Source: Auanema rhodensis (Eukaryota; Animalia; Nematoda). Taken from it: 64,000 bases of DNA. The stretch covers positions 4,526,001-4,590,000 of the forward strand of contig OZ059897.1 in NCBI GenBank assembly GCA_964057225.1. The letters run 5' to 3'. Under the pieces are notes generated by a model, which had not been told where the DNA came from, did no database searches, and saw only the letters and a program-made list of their open reading frames with translations. The translations under genes were made by a program, and so were the position numbers. Of this stretch, positions 28,201 to 43,523 are shown one piece after another; within the stretch, counting starts at the first letter, position 1; the number at the start of each line of letters is the position of its first letter.

Positions 28201-31200
28201 GGACAATGTTATTCAACGAAAAAATTAATTCTTCAGGGTGAAAATCGAGGATATAAGTGTGAACATATATCAGTTGATATCTCGGTGCATTTTCAAGCTA
28301 ACTCAAATCTGATAACACAGATCGACGCAGCTTAAAAATCCGCATCGAATGCACTATACTACATTGAGAAACGCTCCATACAAAAATTAGTTATGATCGT
28401 TTGAAAAATAATGCATTAGTGTATGCTGAGTTCCCATGTACACTCAACATTGCTTCCAAAAACATTGTGACAAAAATTTTCCCGAAAAATTTCTAAATAA
28501 TTTCACGAAAAGTAGGAGTTTTTAGATTTCTTTTTTCAAGGCAAAGACGATGGACAATGTTATTCAACGAAAAAATTAATTCTTCAGGGTGAAAATCGAG
28601 GATATAAGTGTGAACCTATATCAGTTGATTACTCGGTGCATTTTTAAGCTAGCGCAAATCTGATAACACAGATCAACGCAGCTTAAAAATCCGCATCGAA
28701 TGCACTATACTACATTGAGAAACGCTCCATACAAAAATTAGTTATGATCGTTTGAAAAATAATGCATTAGTGTATGCTGAGTTCCCATGTACACTCAACA
28801 TTGCTTCCAAAAACATTGTGACAAAAATTTTCCCGAAAAATTTCTAAATAATTTCACAAAAAGTAGGAGTTTTTAGATTTTTTTTTTCAAGGCAAAGACG
28901 ATGGACAACGTTATTCAACGAAAAAATTAATTCTTCAGGGTGAAAATCGAGGATATAAGTGTGAACCTATATCAGTTGATTACTCGGTGCATTTTTAAGC
29001 TAGCGCAAATCTGATAACACAGATCAACGCAGCTTAAAAATCCGCATCGAATGCACTATACTACATTGAGAAACGCTCCATACAAAAATTAGTTATGATC
29101 GTTTGAAAAATAATGCATTAGTGTATGCTGAGTTCCCATGTACACTCAACATTGCTTCCAAAAACATTGTGACAAAAATTTTCCCGAAAAATTTCTAAAT
29201 AATTTCACAAAAAGTAGGAGTTTTTAGATTTCTTTTTTCAAGGCAAAGACGATGGACAATGTTATTCAACGAAAAAATTAATTCTTCAGGGTGAAAATCG
29301 AGGATATAAGTGTGAACCTATATCAGTTGATTACTCGGTGCATTTTTAAGCTAGCGCAAATCTGATAACACAGATCAACGCAGCTTAAAAATCCGCATCG
29401 AATGCACTATACTACATTGAGAAACGCTCCATACAAAAATTAGTTATGATCGTTTGAAAAATAATGCATTAGTGTATGTTGAGTTCCCATGTACACTCAA
29501 CATTGCTTCCAAAAACATTGTGACAAAAATTTTCCCGAAAAATTTCTAAATAATTTCACAAAAAGTAGGAGTTTTTAGATTTCTTTTTTCAAGGCAAAGA
29601 CGATGGACAATGTTATTCAACGAAAAAATTAATTCTTCAGGGTGAAAATCGAGGATATAAGTGTGAACATATATCAGTTGATATCTCGGTGCATTTTCAA
29701 GCTAACTCAAATCTGATAACACAGATCGACGCAGCTTAAAAATCCGCATCGAATGCACTATACTACATTGAGAAACGCTCTATACAAAAATTAGTTATGA
29801 TCGTTTGAAAAATAATGCATTAGTGTATGCTGAGTTCCCATGTACACTCAACATTGCTTCCAAAAACATTGTGACAAAAATTTTCCCGAAAAATTTCTAA
29901 ATAATTTCACAAAAAGTAGATGTTTTTAGATTCCTTTTTTCAAGACGAATACGATGGACAATGTTTTTCAACGAAAAAATCATTTCTTCAGGGTGAAAAT
30001 CGAGGATATAAGTGTGAACATATATCAGTTGATATCTCGGTGCATTTTCAAGCTAACTCAAATCTGATAACACAGATCGACGCAGCTTAAAAATTCGCAT
30101 CGAATGCACTATACTACATTGAGAAACGCTCTATACAAAAATTAGTTATGATCGTTTGAAAAATAATGCATTAGTGTATGCTGAATTCCCATGTACACTC
30201 AACATTGCTTCCAAAAACATTGTGACAAAAATTTTCCCGAAAAATTTCTAAATAATTTCACAAAAATTAGATGTTTTTAGATTCCTTTTTTCAAGACGAA
30301 TACGATGGACAATGTTTTTCAACGAAAAAATCATTTCTTCAGGGTGAAAATCGAGGATATAAGTGTGAACATATATCAGTTGATATCTCGGTGCATTTTC
30401 AAGCTAACTCAAATCTGATAACACAGATCGACGCAGCTTAAAAATCCGCATCGAATGCACTATACTACATTGAGAAACGCTCTATACAAAAATTAGTTAT
30501 GATCGTTTGAAAAATAATGCATTAGTGTATGCTGAATTCCCATGTACACTCAACATTGCTTCCAAAAACATTGTGACAAAAATTTTCCCGAAAAATTTCT
30601 AAATAATTTCACGAAAAGTAGGAGTTTTTAGATTTCTTTTTTCAAGGCAAAGACGATGGACAATGTTATTCAACGAAAAAATTAATTCTTCAGGGTGAAA
30701 ATCGAGGATATAAGTGTGAACCTATATCAGTTGATTACTCGGTGCATTTTTAAGCTAGCGCAAATCTGATAACACAGATCAACGCAGCTTAAAAATCCGC
30801 ATCGAATGCACTATACTACATTGAGAAACGCTCCATACAAAAATTAGTTATGATCGTTTGAAAAATAATGCATTAGTGTATGTTGAGTTCCCATGTACAC
30901 TCAACATTGCTTCCAAAAACATTGTGACAAAAATTTTCCCGAAAAATTTCTAAATAATTTCACAAAAAGTAGGAGTTTTTAGATTTCTTTTTTCAAGGCA
31001 AAGACGATGGACAATGTTATTCAACGAAAAAATTAATTCTTCAGGGTGAAAATCGAGGATATAAGTGTGAACCTATATCAGTTGATTACTCGGTGCATTT
31101 TTAAGCTAGCGCAAATCTGATAACACAGATCAACGCAGCTTAAAAATCCGCATCGAATGCACTATACTACATTGAGAAACGCTCCATACAAAAATTAGTT

Positions 31201-34200
31201 ATGATCGTTTGAAAAATAATGCATTAGTGTATGTTGAGTTCCCATGTACACTCAACATTGCTTCCAAAAACATTTTGACAAAAATTTTCCCGAAAAATTT
31301 CTGAATAATTTCACAAAAAGTAGATGTTTTTAGATTCTTTTTTTCAAGACGAATACGATGGACAATGTTTTTCAACGAAAAAATCATTTCTTCAGGGTGA
31401 AAATCGAGGATATAAGTGTGAACATATATCAGTTGATATCTCGGTGCATTTTTAAGCTAACTCAAATCTGATAACACAGATCGACGCAGCTTAAAAATCC
31501 GCATCGAATGCACTATACTACATTGAGAAACGCTCTATACAAAAATTAGTTATGATCGTTTGAAAAATAATGCATTAGTGTATGCTGAGTTCCCATGTAC
31601 ACTCAACATTGCTTCCAAAAACATTGTGACAAAAATTTTCCCGAAAAATTTCTAAATAATTTCACAAAAAGTAGATGTTTTTAGATTCCTTTTTTCAAGA
31701 CGAATACGATGGACAATGTTTTTCAACGAAAAAATCATTTCTTCAGGGTGAAAATCGAGGATATAAGTGTGAACATATATCAGTTGATATCTCGGTGCAT
31801 TTTCAAGCTAACTCAAATCTGATAACACAGATCGACGCAGCTTAAAAATCCGCATCGAATGCACTATACTACATTGAGAAACGCTCTATACAAAAATTAG
31901 TTATGATCGTTTGAAAAATAATGCATTAGTGTATGCTGAGTTCCCATGTACACTCAACATTGCTTCCAAAAACATTGTGACAAAAATTTTCCCGAAAAAT
32001 TTCTAAATAATTTCACGAAAAGTAGGAGTTTTTAGATTTCTTTTTTCAAGGCAAAGACGATGGACAATGTTATTCAACGAAAAAATTAATTCTTCAGGGT
32101 GAAAATCGAGGATATAAGTGTGAACCTATATCAGTTAATTACTCGGTGCATTTTTAAGCTAGCGCAAATCTGATAACACAGATCAACGCAGCTTAAAAAT
32201 CCGCATCGAATGCACTATACTACATTGAGAAACGCTCCATACAAAAATTAGTTATGATCGTTTGAAAAATAATGCATTAGTGTATGCTGAGTTCCCATGT
32301 ACACTCAACATTGCTTCCAAAAACATTGTGACAAAAATTTTCCCGAAAAATTTCTAAATAATTTCACAAAAAGTAGGAGTTTTTAGATTTTTTTTTTCAA
32401 GGCAAAGACGATGGACAACGTTATTCAACGAAAAAATTAATTCTTCAGGGTGAAAATCGAGGATATAAGTGTGAACCTATATCAGTTGATTACTCGGTGC
32501 ATTTTTAAGCTAGCGCAAATCTGATAACACAGATCAACGCAGCTTAAAAATCCGCATCGAATGCACTATACTACATTGAGAAACGCTCCATACAAAAATT
32601 AGTTATGATCGTTTGAAAAATAATGCATTAGTGTATGCTGAGTTCCCATGTACACTCAACATTGCTTCCAAAAACATTGTGACAAAAATTTTCCCGAAAA
32701 ATTTCTAAATAATTTCACAAAAAGTAGGAGTTTTTAGATTTCTTTTTTCAAGGCAAAGACGATGGACAATGTTATTCAACGAAAAAATTAATTCTTCAGG
32801 GTGAAAATCGAGGATATAAGTGTGAACCTATATCAGTTGATTACTCGGTGCATTTTTAAGCTAGCGCAAATCTGATAACACAGATCAACGCAGCTTAAAA
32901 ATCCGCATCGAATGCACTATACTACATTGAGAAACGCTCCATACAAAAATTAGTTATGATCGTTTGAAAAATAATGCATTAGTGTATGTTGAGTTCCCAT
33001 GTACACTCAACATTGCTTCCAAAAACATTGTGACAAAAATTTTCCCGAAAAATTTCTAAATAATTTCACAAAAAGTAGGAGTTTTTAGATTTCTTTTTTC
33101 AAGGCAAAGACGATGGACAATGTTATTCAACGAAAAAATTAATTCTTCAGGGTGAAAATCGAGGATATAAGTGTGAACATATATCAGTTGATATCTCGGT
33201 GCATTTTCAAGCTAACTCAAATCTGATAACACAGATCGACGCAGCTTAAAAATCCGCATCGAATGCACTATACTACATTGAGAAACGCTCTATACAAAAA
33301 TTAGTTATGATCGTTTGAAAAATAATGCATTAGTGTATGTTGAGTTCCCATGTACACTCAACATTGCTTCCAAAAACATTGTGACAAAAATTTTCCCGAA
33401 AAATTTCTAAATAATTTCACAAAAAGTAGGAGTTTTTAGATTTCTTTTTTCAAGGCAAAGACGATGGACAATGTTATTCAACGAAAAAATTAATTCTTCA
33501 GGGTGAAAATCGAGGATATAAGTGTGAACCTATATCAGTTGATTACTCGGTGCATTTTTAAGCTAGCGCAAATCTGATAACACAGATCGACGCAGCTTAA
33601 AAATCCGCATCGAATGCACTATACTACATTGAGAAACGCTCTATACAAAAATTAGTTATGATCGTTCGAAAAATAATGCATTAGTGTATGCTGAGTTCCC
33701 ATGTACACTCAACATTGCTTCCAAAAACATTGTGACAAAAATTTTCCCGAAAAATTTCTTAATAATTTCACAAAAAGTAGGAGTTTTTAGATTTCTTTTT
33801 TCAAGGCAAAGACGATGGACAATGTTATTCAACGAAAAAATTAATTCTTCAGGGTTAAAATCGAGGATATAAGTGTGAACCTATATCAGTTGATTACTCG
33901 GTACATTTTTAAGCTAGCGCAAATCTGATAACACAGATCGACGCAGCTTAAAAATCCGCATCGAATGCACTATACTACATTGAGAAACGCTCTATACAAA
34001 AATTAGTTATGATCGTTTGAAAAATAATGCATTAGTGTATGTTGAGTTCCCATGTACACTCAACATTGCTTCCAAAAACATTTTGACAAAAATTTTCCCG
34101 AAAAATTTCTAAATAATTTCACAAAAAGTAGATGTTTTTAGATTCCTTTTTTCAAGACGAATACGATGGACAATGTTTGTTAACGAAAAAATCATTTCTT

Positions 34201-37200
34201 CAGGGTGAAAATCGAGGATATAAGTGTGAACATATATCAGTTGATATCTCGGTGCATTTTTAAGCTAACTCAAATCTGATAACACAGATCGACGCAGCTT
34301 AAAAATCCGCATCGAATGCACTATACTACATTGAGAAACGCTCCATACAAAAATTAGTTATGATCGTTTGAAAAATAATGCATTAGTGTATGTTGAGTTC
34401 CCATGTACACTCAACATTGCTTCCAAAAACATTGTGACAAAAATTTTCCCGAAAAATTTCTAAATAATTTCACGAAAAGTAGGAGTTTTTAGATTTCTTT
34501 TTTCAAGGCAAAGACGATGGACAATGTTATTCAACGAAAAAATTAATTCTTCAGGGTGAAAATCGAGGATATAAGTGTGAACCTATATCAGTTGATTACT
34601 CGGTGCATTTTTAAGCTAGCGCAAATCTGATAACACAGATCAACGCAGCTTAAAAATCCGCATCGAATGCACTATACTACATTGAGAAACGCTCCATACA
34701 AAAATTAGTTATGATCGTTCGAAAAATAATGCATTAGTGTATGCTGAGTTCCCATGTACACTCAACATTGCTTCCAAAAACATTGTGACAAAAATTTTCC
34801 CGAAAAATTTCTTAATAATTTCACAAAAAGTAGGAGTTTTTAGATTTCTTTTTTCAAGGCAAAGACGATGGACAATGTTATTCAACGAAAAAATTAATTC
34901 TTCAGGGTTAAAATCGAGGATATAAGTGTGAACCTATATCAGTTGATTACTCGGTACATTTTTAAGCTAGCGCAAATCTGATAACACAGATCGACGCAGC
35001 TTAAAAATCCGCATCGAATGCACTATACTACATTGAGAAACGCTCTATACAAAAATTAGTTATGATCGTTTGAAAAATAATGCATTAGTGTATGTTGAGT
35101 TCCCATGTACACTCAACATTGCTTCCAAAAACATTTTGACAAAAATTTTCCCGAAAAATTTCTAAATAATTTCACAAAAAGTAGATGTTTTTAGATTCCT
35201 TTTTTCAAGACGAATACGATGGACAATGTTTGTTAACGAAAAAATCATTTCTTCAGGGTGAAAATCGAGGATATAAGTGTGAACATATATCAGTTGATAT
35301 CTCGGTGCATTTTTAAGCTAACTCAAATCTGATAACACAGATCGACGCAGCTTAAAAATCCGCATCGAATGCACTATACTACATTGAGAAACGCTCCATA
35401 CAAAAATTAGTTATGATCGTTTGAAAAATAATGCATTAGTGTATGTTGAGTTCCCATGTACACTCAACATTGCTTCCAAAAACATTGTGACAAAAATTTT
35501 CCCGAAAAATTTCTAAATAATTTCACGAAAAGTAGGAGTTTTTAGATTTCTTTTTTCAAGGCAAAGACGATGGACAATGTTATTCAACGAAAAAATTAAT
35601 TCTTCAGGGTGAAAATCGAGGATATAAGTGTGAACCTATATCAGTTGATTACTCGGTGCATTTTTAAGCTAGCGCAAATCTGATAACACAGATCAACGCA
35701 GCTTAAAAATCCGCATCGAATGCACTATACTACATTGAGAAACGCTCCATACAAAAATTAGTTATGATCGTTTGAAAAATAATGCATTAGTGTATGCTGA
35801 GTTCCCATGTACACTCAACATTGCTTCCAAAAACATTGTGACAAAAATTTTCCCGAAAAATTTCTAAATAATTTCACAAAAAGTAGGAGTTTTTAGATTT
35901 CTTTTTTCAAGGCAAAGATGATGGACAATGTTATTCAACGAAAAAATTAATTCTTCAGGGTGAAAATCGAGGATATAAGTGTGAACCTATATCAGTTGAT
36001 TACTCGGTGCATTTTTAAGCTAGCGCAAATCTGATAACACAGATCAACGCAGCTTAAAAATCCGCATCGAATGCACTATACTACATTGAGAAACGCTCCA
36101 TACAAAAATTAGTTATGATCGTTTGAAAAATAATGCATTAGTGTATGTTGAGTTCCCATGTACACTCAACATTGCTTCCAAAAACATTTTGACAAAAATT
36201 TTCCCGAAAAATTTCTGAATAATTTCACAAAGAGTAGATGTTTTTAGATTCTTTTTTTCAAGACGAATACGATGGACAATGTTTTTCAACGAAAAAATCA
36301 TTTCTTCAGGGTGAAAATCGAGGATATAAGTGTGAACATATATCAGTTGATATCTCGGTGCATTTTCAAGCTAACTCAAATCTGATAACACAGATCGACG
36401 CAGCTTAAAAATCCGCATCGAATGCACTATACTACATTGAGAAACGCTCCATACAAAAATTAGTTATGATCGTTTGAAAAATAATGCATTAGTGTATGCT
36501 GAGTTCCCATGTACACTCAACATTGCTTCCAAAAACATTGTGACAAAAATTTTCCCGAAAAATTTCTAAATAATTTCACAAAAAGTAGGAGTTTTTAGAT
36601 TTCTTTTTTCAAGGCAAAGATGATGGACAATGTTATTCAACGAAAAAATTAATTCTTCAGGGTGAAAATCGAGGATATAAGTGTGAACCTATATCAGTTG
36701 ATTACTCGGTGCATTTTTAAGCTAGCGCAAATCTGATAACACAGATCAACGCAGCTTAAAAATCCGCATCGAATGCACTTTACTACATTGAGAAACGCTC
36801 CATACAAAAATTAGTTATGATCGTTTGAAAAATAATGCATTAGTGTATGTTGAGTTCCCATGTACACTCAACATTGCTTCCAAAAACATTTTGACAAAAA
36901 TTTTCCCGAAAAATTTCTGAATAATTTCACAAAAAGTAGATGTTTTTAGATTCTTTTTTTCAAGACGAATACGATGGACAATGTTTTTCAACGAAAAAAT
37001 CATTTCTTCAGGGTGAAAATCGAGGATATAAGTGTGAACATATATCAGTTGATATCTCGGTGCATTTTTAAGCTAACTCAAATCTGATAACACAGATCGA
37101 CGCAGCTTAAAAATCCGCATCGAATGCACTATACTACATTGAGAAACGCTCTATACAAAAATTAGTTATGATCGTTTGAAAAATAATGCATTAGTGTATG

Positions 37201-40200
37201 CTGAGTTCCCATGTACACTCAACATTGCTTCCAAAAACATTGTGACAAAAATTTTCCCGAAAAATTTCTAAATAATTTCACAAAAAGTAGATGTTTTTAG
37301 ATTCCTTTTTTCAAGACGAATACGATGGACAATGTTTTTCAACGAAAAAATCATTTCTTCAGGGTGAAAATCGAGGATATAAGTGTGAACATATATCAGT
37401 TGATATCTCGGTGCATTTTCAAGCTAACTCAAATCTGATAACACAGATCGACGCAGCTTAAAAATCCGCATCGAATGCACTATACTACATTGAGAAACGC
37501 TCTATACAAAAATTAGTAATGATCGTTTGAAAAATAATGCATTAGTGTATGCTGAGTTCCCATGTACACTCAACATTGCTTCCAAAAACATTGTGACAAA
37601 AATTTTCCCGAAAAATTTCTAAATAATTTCACAAAAAGTAGGAGTTTTTAGATTTCTTTTTTCAAGGCAAAGACGATGGACAATGTTATTCAACGAAAAA
37701 ATTAATTCTTCAGGGTGAAAATCGAGGATATAAGTGTGAACCTATATCAGTTGATTACTCGGTGCATTTTTAAGCTAGCACAAATCTGATAACACAGATC
37801 AACGCAGCTTAAAAATCCGCATTGAATGCACTATACTACATTGAGAAACGCTCCATACAAAAATTAGTTATGATCGTTTGAAAAATAATGCATTAGTGTA
37901 TGTTGAGTTCCCATGTACACTCAACATTGCTTCCAAAAACATTGTGACAAAAATTTTCCCGAAAAATTTCTAAATAATTTCACAAAAAGTAGGAGTTTTT
38001 AGATTTCTTTTTTCAAGGCAAAGACGATGGACAATGTTATTCAACGAAAAAATTAATTCTTCAGGGTGAAAATCGAGGATATAAGTGTGAACCTATATCA
38101 GTTGATTACTCGGTGCATTTTTAAGCTAGCGCAAATCTGATAACACAGATCAACGCAGCTTAAAAATCCGCATCGAATGCACTATACTACATTGAGAAAC
38201 GCTCCATACAAAAATTAGTTATGATCGTTTGAAAAATAATGCATTAGTGTATGTTGAGTTCCCATGTACACTCAACATTGCTTCCAAAAACATTTTGACA
38301 AAAATTTTCCCGAAAAATTTCTGAATAATTTCACAAAAAGTAGATGTTTTTAGATTTTTTTTTTCAAGACGAATACGATGGACAATGTTTTTCAACGAAA
38401 AAATCATTTCTTCAGGGTGAAAATCGAGGATATAAGTGTGAACATATATCAGTTGATATCTCGGTGCATTTTTAAGCTAACTCAAATCTGATAACACAGA
38501 TCGACGCAGCTTAAAAATCCGCATCGAATGCACTATACTACATTGAGAAACGCTCTATACAAAAATTAGTTATGATCGTTTGAAAAATAATGCATTAGTG
38601 TATGCTGAGTTCCCATGTACACTCAACATTGCTTCCAAAAACATTGTGACAAAAATTTTCCCGAAAAATTTCTAAATAATTTCACAAAAAGTAGATGTTT
38701 TTAGATTCCTTTTTTCAAGACGAATACGATGGACAATGTTTTTCAACGAAAAAATCATTTCTTCAGGGTGAAAATCGAGGATATAAGTGTGAACATATAT
38801 CAGTTGATATCTCGGTGCATTTTCAAGCTAACTCAAATCTGATAACACAGATCGACGCAGCTTAAAAATCCGCATCGAATGCACTATACTACATTGAGAA
38901 ACGCTCTATACAAAAATTAGTTATGATCGTTTGAAAAATAATGCATTAGTGTATGCTGAGTTCCCATGTACACTCAACATTGCTTCCAAAAACATTGTGA
39001 CAAAAATTTTCCCGAAAAATTTCTAAATAATTTCACGAAAAGTAGGAGTTTTTAGATTTCTTTTTTCAAGGCAAAGACGATGGACAATGTTATTCAACGA
39101 AAAAATTAATTCTTCAGGGTGAAAATCGAGGATATAAGTGTGAACCTATATCAGTTGATTACTCGGTGCATTTTTAAGCTAGCGCAAATCTGAAAACACA
39201 GATCAACGCAGCTTAAAAATCCGCATCGAATGCACTATACTACATTGAGAAACGCTCCATACAAAAATTAGTTATGATCGTTTGAAAAATAATGCATTAG
39301 TGTATGCTGAGTTCCCATGTACACTCAACATTGCTTCCAAAAACATTGTGACAAAAATTTTCCCGAAAAATTTCTTAATAATTTCACAAAAAGTAGGAGT
39401 TTTTAGATTTCTTTTTTCAAGGCAAAGATGATGGACAATGTTATTCAACGAAAAAATTAATTCTTCAGGGTGAAAATCGAGGATATAAGTGTGAACCTAT
39501 ATCAGTTGATTACTCGGTGCATTTTTAAGCTAGCGCAAATCTGATAACACAGATCAACGCAGCTTAAAAATCCGCATCGAATGCACTATACTACATTGAG
39601 AAACGCTCCATACAAAAATTAGTTATGATCGTTTGAAAAATAATGCATTAGTGTATGTTGAGTTCCCATGTACACTCAACATTGCTTCCAAAAACATTTT
39701 GACAAAAATTTTCCCGAAAAATTTCTGAATAATTTCACAAAAAGTAGATGTTTTTAGATTCTTTTTTTCAAGACGAATACGATGGACAATGTTTTTCAAC
39801 GAAAAAATCATTTCTTCAGGGTGAAAATCGAGGATATAAGTGTGAACATATATCAGTTGATATCTCGGTGCATTTTTAAGCTAACTCAAATCTGATAACA
39901 CAGATCGACGCAGCTTAAAAATCCGCATCGAAAGCACTATACTACATTGAGAAACGCTCTATACAAAAATTAGTTATGATCGTTTGAAAAATAATGCATT
40001 AGTGTATGCTGAGTTCCCATGTACACTCAACATTGCTTCCAAAAACATTGTGACAAAAATTTTCCCGAAAAATTTCTAAATAATTTCACAAAAAGTAGAT
40101 GTTTTTAGATTCCTTTTTTCAAGACGAATACGATGGACAATGTTATTCAACGAAAAAATTAATTCTTCAGGGTGAAAATCGAGGATATAAGTGTGAACCT

Positions 40201-43200
40201 ATATCAGTTGATTACTCGGTGCATTTTTAAGCTAGCGCAAATCTGATAACACAGATCAACGCAGCTTAAAAATCCGCATCGAATGCACTATACTACATTG
40301 AGAAACGCTCCATACAAAAATTAGTTATGATCGTTTGAAAAATAATGCATTAGTGTATGTTGAGTTTCCATGTACACTCAACATTGCTTCCAAAAACATT
40401 GTGACAAAAATTTTCCCGAAAAATTTCTAAATAATTTCACAAAAAGTAGGAGTTTTTAGATTTCTTTTTTCAAGGCAAAGACGATGGACAATGTTATTCA
40501 ACGAAAAAATTAATTCTTCAGGGTGAAAATCGAGGATATAAGTGTGAACCTATATCAGTTGATTACTCGGTGCATTTTTAAGCTAGCGCAAATCTGATAA
40601 CACAGATCAACGCAGCTTAAAAATCCGCATCGAATGCACTATACTACATTGAGAAACGCTCCATACAAAAATTAGTTATGATCGTTTGAAAAATAATGCA
40701 TTAGTGTATGTTGAGTTCCCATGTACACTCAACATTGCTTCCAAAAACATTTTGACAAAAATTTTCCCGAAAAATTTCTGAATAATTTCACAAAAAGTAG
40801 ATGTTTTTAGATTCTTTTTTTCAAGACGAATACGATGGACAATGTTTTTCAACGAAAAAATCATTTCTTCAGGGTGAAAATCGAGGATATAAGTGTGAAC
40901 ATATATCAGTTGATATCTCGGTGCATTTTTAAGCTAACTCAAATCTGATAACACAGATCGACGCAGCTTAAAAATCCGCATCGAATGCACTATACTACAT
41001 TGAGAAACGCTCTATACATAAATTAGTTATGATCGTTTGAAAAATAATGCATTAGTGTATGCTGAGTTCCCATGTACACTCAACATTGCTTCCAAAAACA
41101 TTGTGACAAAAATTTTCCCGAAAAATTTCTAAATAATTTCACAAAAAGTAGATGTTTTTAGATTCCTTTTTTCAAGACGAATACGATGGACAATGTTTTT
41201 CAACGAAAAAATCATTTCTTCAGGGTGAAAATCGAGGATATAAGTGTGAACATATATCAGTTGATATCTCGGTGCATTTTCAAGCTAACTCAAATCTGAT
41301 AACACAGATCGACGCAGCTTAAAAATCCGCATCGAATGCACTATACTACATTGAGAAACGCTCTATACAAAAATTAGTTATGATCGTTTGAAAAATAATG
41401 CATTAGTGTATGCTGAGTTCCCATGTACACTCAACATTGCTTCCAAAAACATTGTGACAAAAATTTTCCCGAAAAATTTCTAAATAATTTCACGAAAAGT
41501 AGGAGTTTTTAGATTTCTTTTTTCAAGGCAAAGACGATGGACAATGTTATTCAACGAAAAAATTAATTCTTCAGGGTGAAAATCGAGGATATAAGTGTGA
41601 ACCTATATCAGTTGATTACTCGGTGCATTTTTAAGCTAGCGCAAATCTGATAACACAGATCAACGCAGCTTAAAAATCCGCATCGAATGCACTATACTAC
41701 ATTGAGAAACGCTCCATACAAAAATTAGTTATGATCGTTTGAAAAATAATGCATTAGTGTATGCTGAGTTCCCATGTACACTCAACATTGCTTCCAAAAA
41801 CATTGTGACAAAAATTTTCCCGAAAAATTTCTTAATAATTTCACAAAAAGTAGGAGTTTTTAGATTTCTTTTTTCAAGGCAAAGACGATGGACAATGTTA
41901 TTCAACGAAAAAATTAATTCTTCAGGGTGAAAATCGAGGATATAAGTGTGAACCTATATCAGTTGATTACTCGGTGCATTTTTAAGCTAGCGCAAATCTG
42001 ATAACACAGATCGACGCAGCTTAAAAATCCGCATCGAATGCACTATACTACATTGAGAAACGCTCTATACAAAAATTAGTTATGATCGTTTGAAAAATAA
42101 TGCATTAGTGTATGTTGAGTTCCCATGTACACTCAACATTGCTTCCAAAAACATTTTGACAAAAATTTTCCCGAAAAATTTCTAAATAATTTCACAAAAA
42201 GTAGATGTTTTTAGATTCCTTTTTTCAAGACGAATACGATGGACAATGTTTGTTAACGAAAAAATCATTTCTTCAGGGTGAAAATCGAGGATATAAGTGT
42301 GAACATATATCAGTTGATATCTCGGTGCATTTTCAAGCTAACTCAAATCTGATAACACAGATCGACGCAGCTTAAAAATCCGCATCGAATGCACTATACT
42401 ACATTGAAAAACGCTCCATACAAAAATTAGTTATGATCGTTTGAAAAATAATGCATTAGTGTATGCTGAGTTCCCATGTACACTCAACATTGCTTCCAAA
42501 AACATTGTGACAAAAATTTTCCCGAAAAATTTCTAAATAATTTCACAAAAAGTAGGAGTTTTTAGATTTTTTTTTTCAAGGCAAAGACGATGGACAACGT
42601 TATTCAACGAAAAAATTAATTCTTCAGGGTGAAAATCGAGGATATAAGTGTGAACCTATATCAGTTGATTACTCGGTGCATTTTTAAGCTAGCGCAAATC
42701 TGATAACACAGATCAACGCAGCTTAAAAATCCGCATCGAATGCACTATACTACATTGAGAAACGCTCCATACAAAAATTAGTTATGATCGTTTGAAAAAT
42801 AATGCATTAGTGTATGCTGAGTTCCCATGTACACTCAACATTGCTTCCAAAAACATTGTGACAAAAATTTTCCCGAAAAATTTCTAAATAATTTCACAAA
42901 AAGTAGGAGTTTTTAGATTTCTTTTTTCAAGGCAAAGACGATGGACAATGTTATTCAACGAAAAAATTAATTCTTCAGGGTGAAAATCGAGGATATAAGT
43001 GTGAACCTATATCAGTTGATTACTCGGTGCATTTTTAAGCTAGCGCAAATCTGATAACACAGATCAACGCAGCTTAAAAATCCGCATCGAATGCACTATA
43101 CTACATTGAGAAACGCTCCATACAAAAATTAGTTATGATCGTTTGAAAAATAATGCATTAGTGTATGTTGAGTTCCCATGTACACTCAACATTGCTTCCA

Positions 43201-43523
43201 AAAACATTGTGACAAAAATTTTCCCGAAAAATTTCTAAATAATTTCACAAAAAGTAGGAGTTTTTAGATTTCTTTTTTCAAGGCAAAGACGAAGGACAAT
43301 GTTATTCAACGAAAAAATTAATTCTTCAGGGTGAAAATCGAGGATATAAGTGTGAACATATATCAGTTGATATCTCGGTGCATTTTCAAGCTAACTCAAA
43401 TCTGATAACACAGATCGACGCAGCTTAAAAATCCGCATCGAATGCACTATACTACATTGAGAAACGCTCTATACAAAAATTAGTTATGATCGTTTGAAAA
43501 ATAATGCATTAGTGTATGTTGAG

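Larger units (their letters stand above)
1..43523. repeat. Array domain 1: A-rich, with loose A-A-B1-B2 (about 1404 bp) higher-order organisation
   Basis: Monomer order from 3511 reads B1,B2,A,A,B1,B2,A,A,B1,B2,A,B1,B2,A,A,B1. Markers TTCACGAAAAG and AAAGATGATGG were seen only here. Confidence 0.75.
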
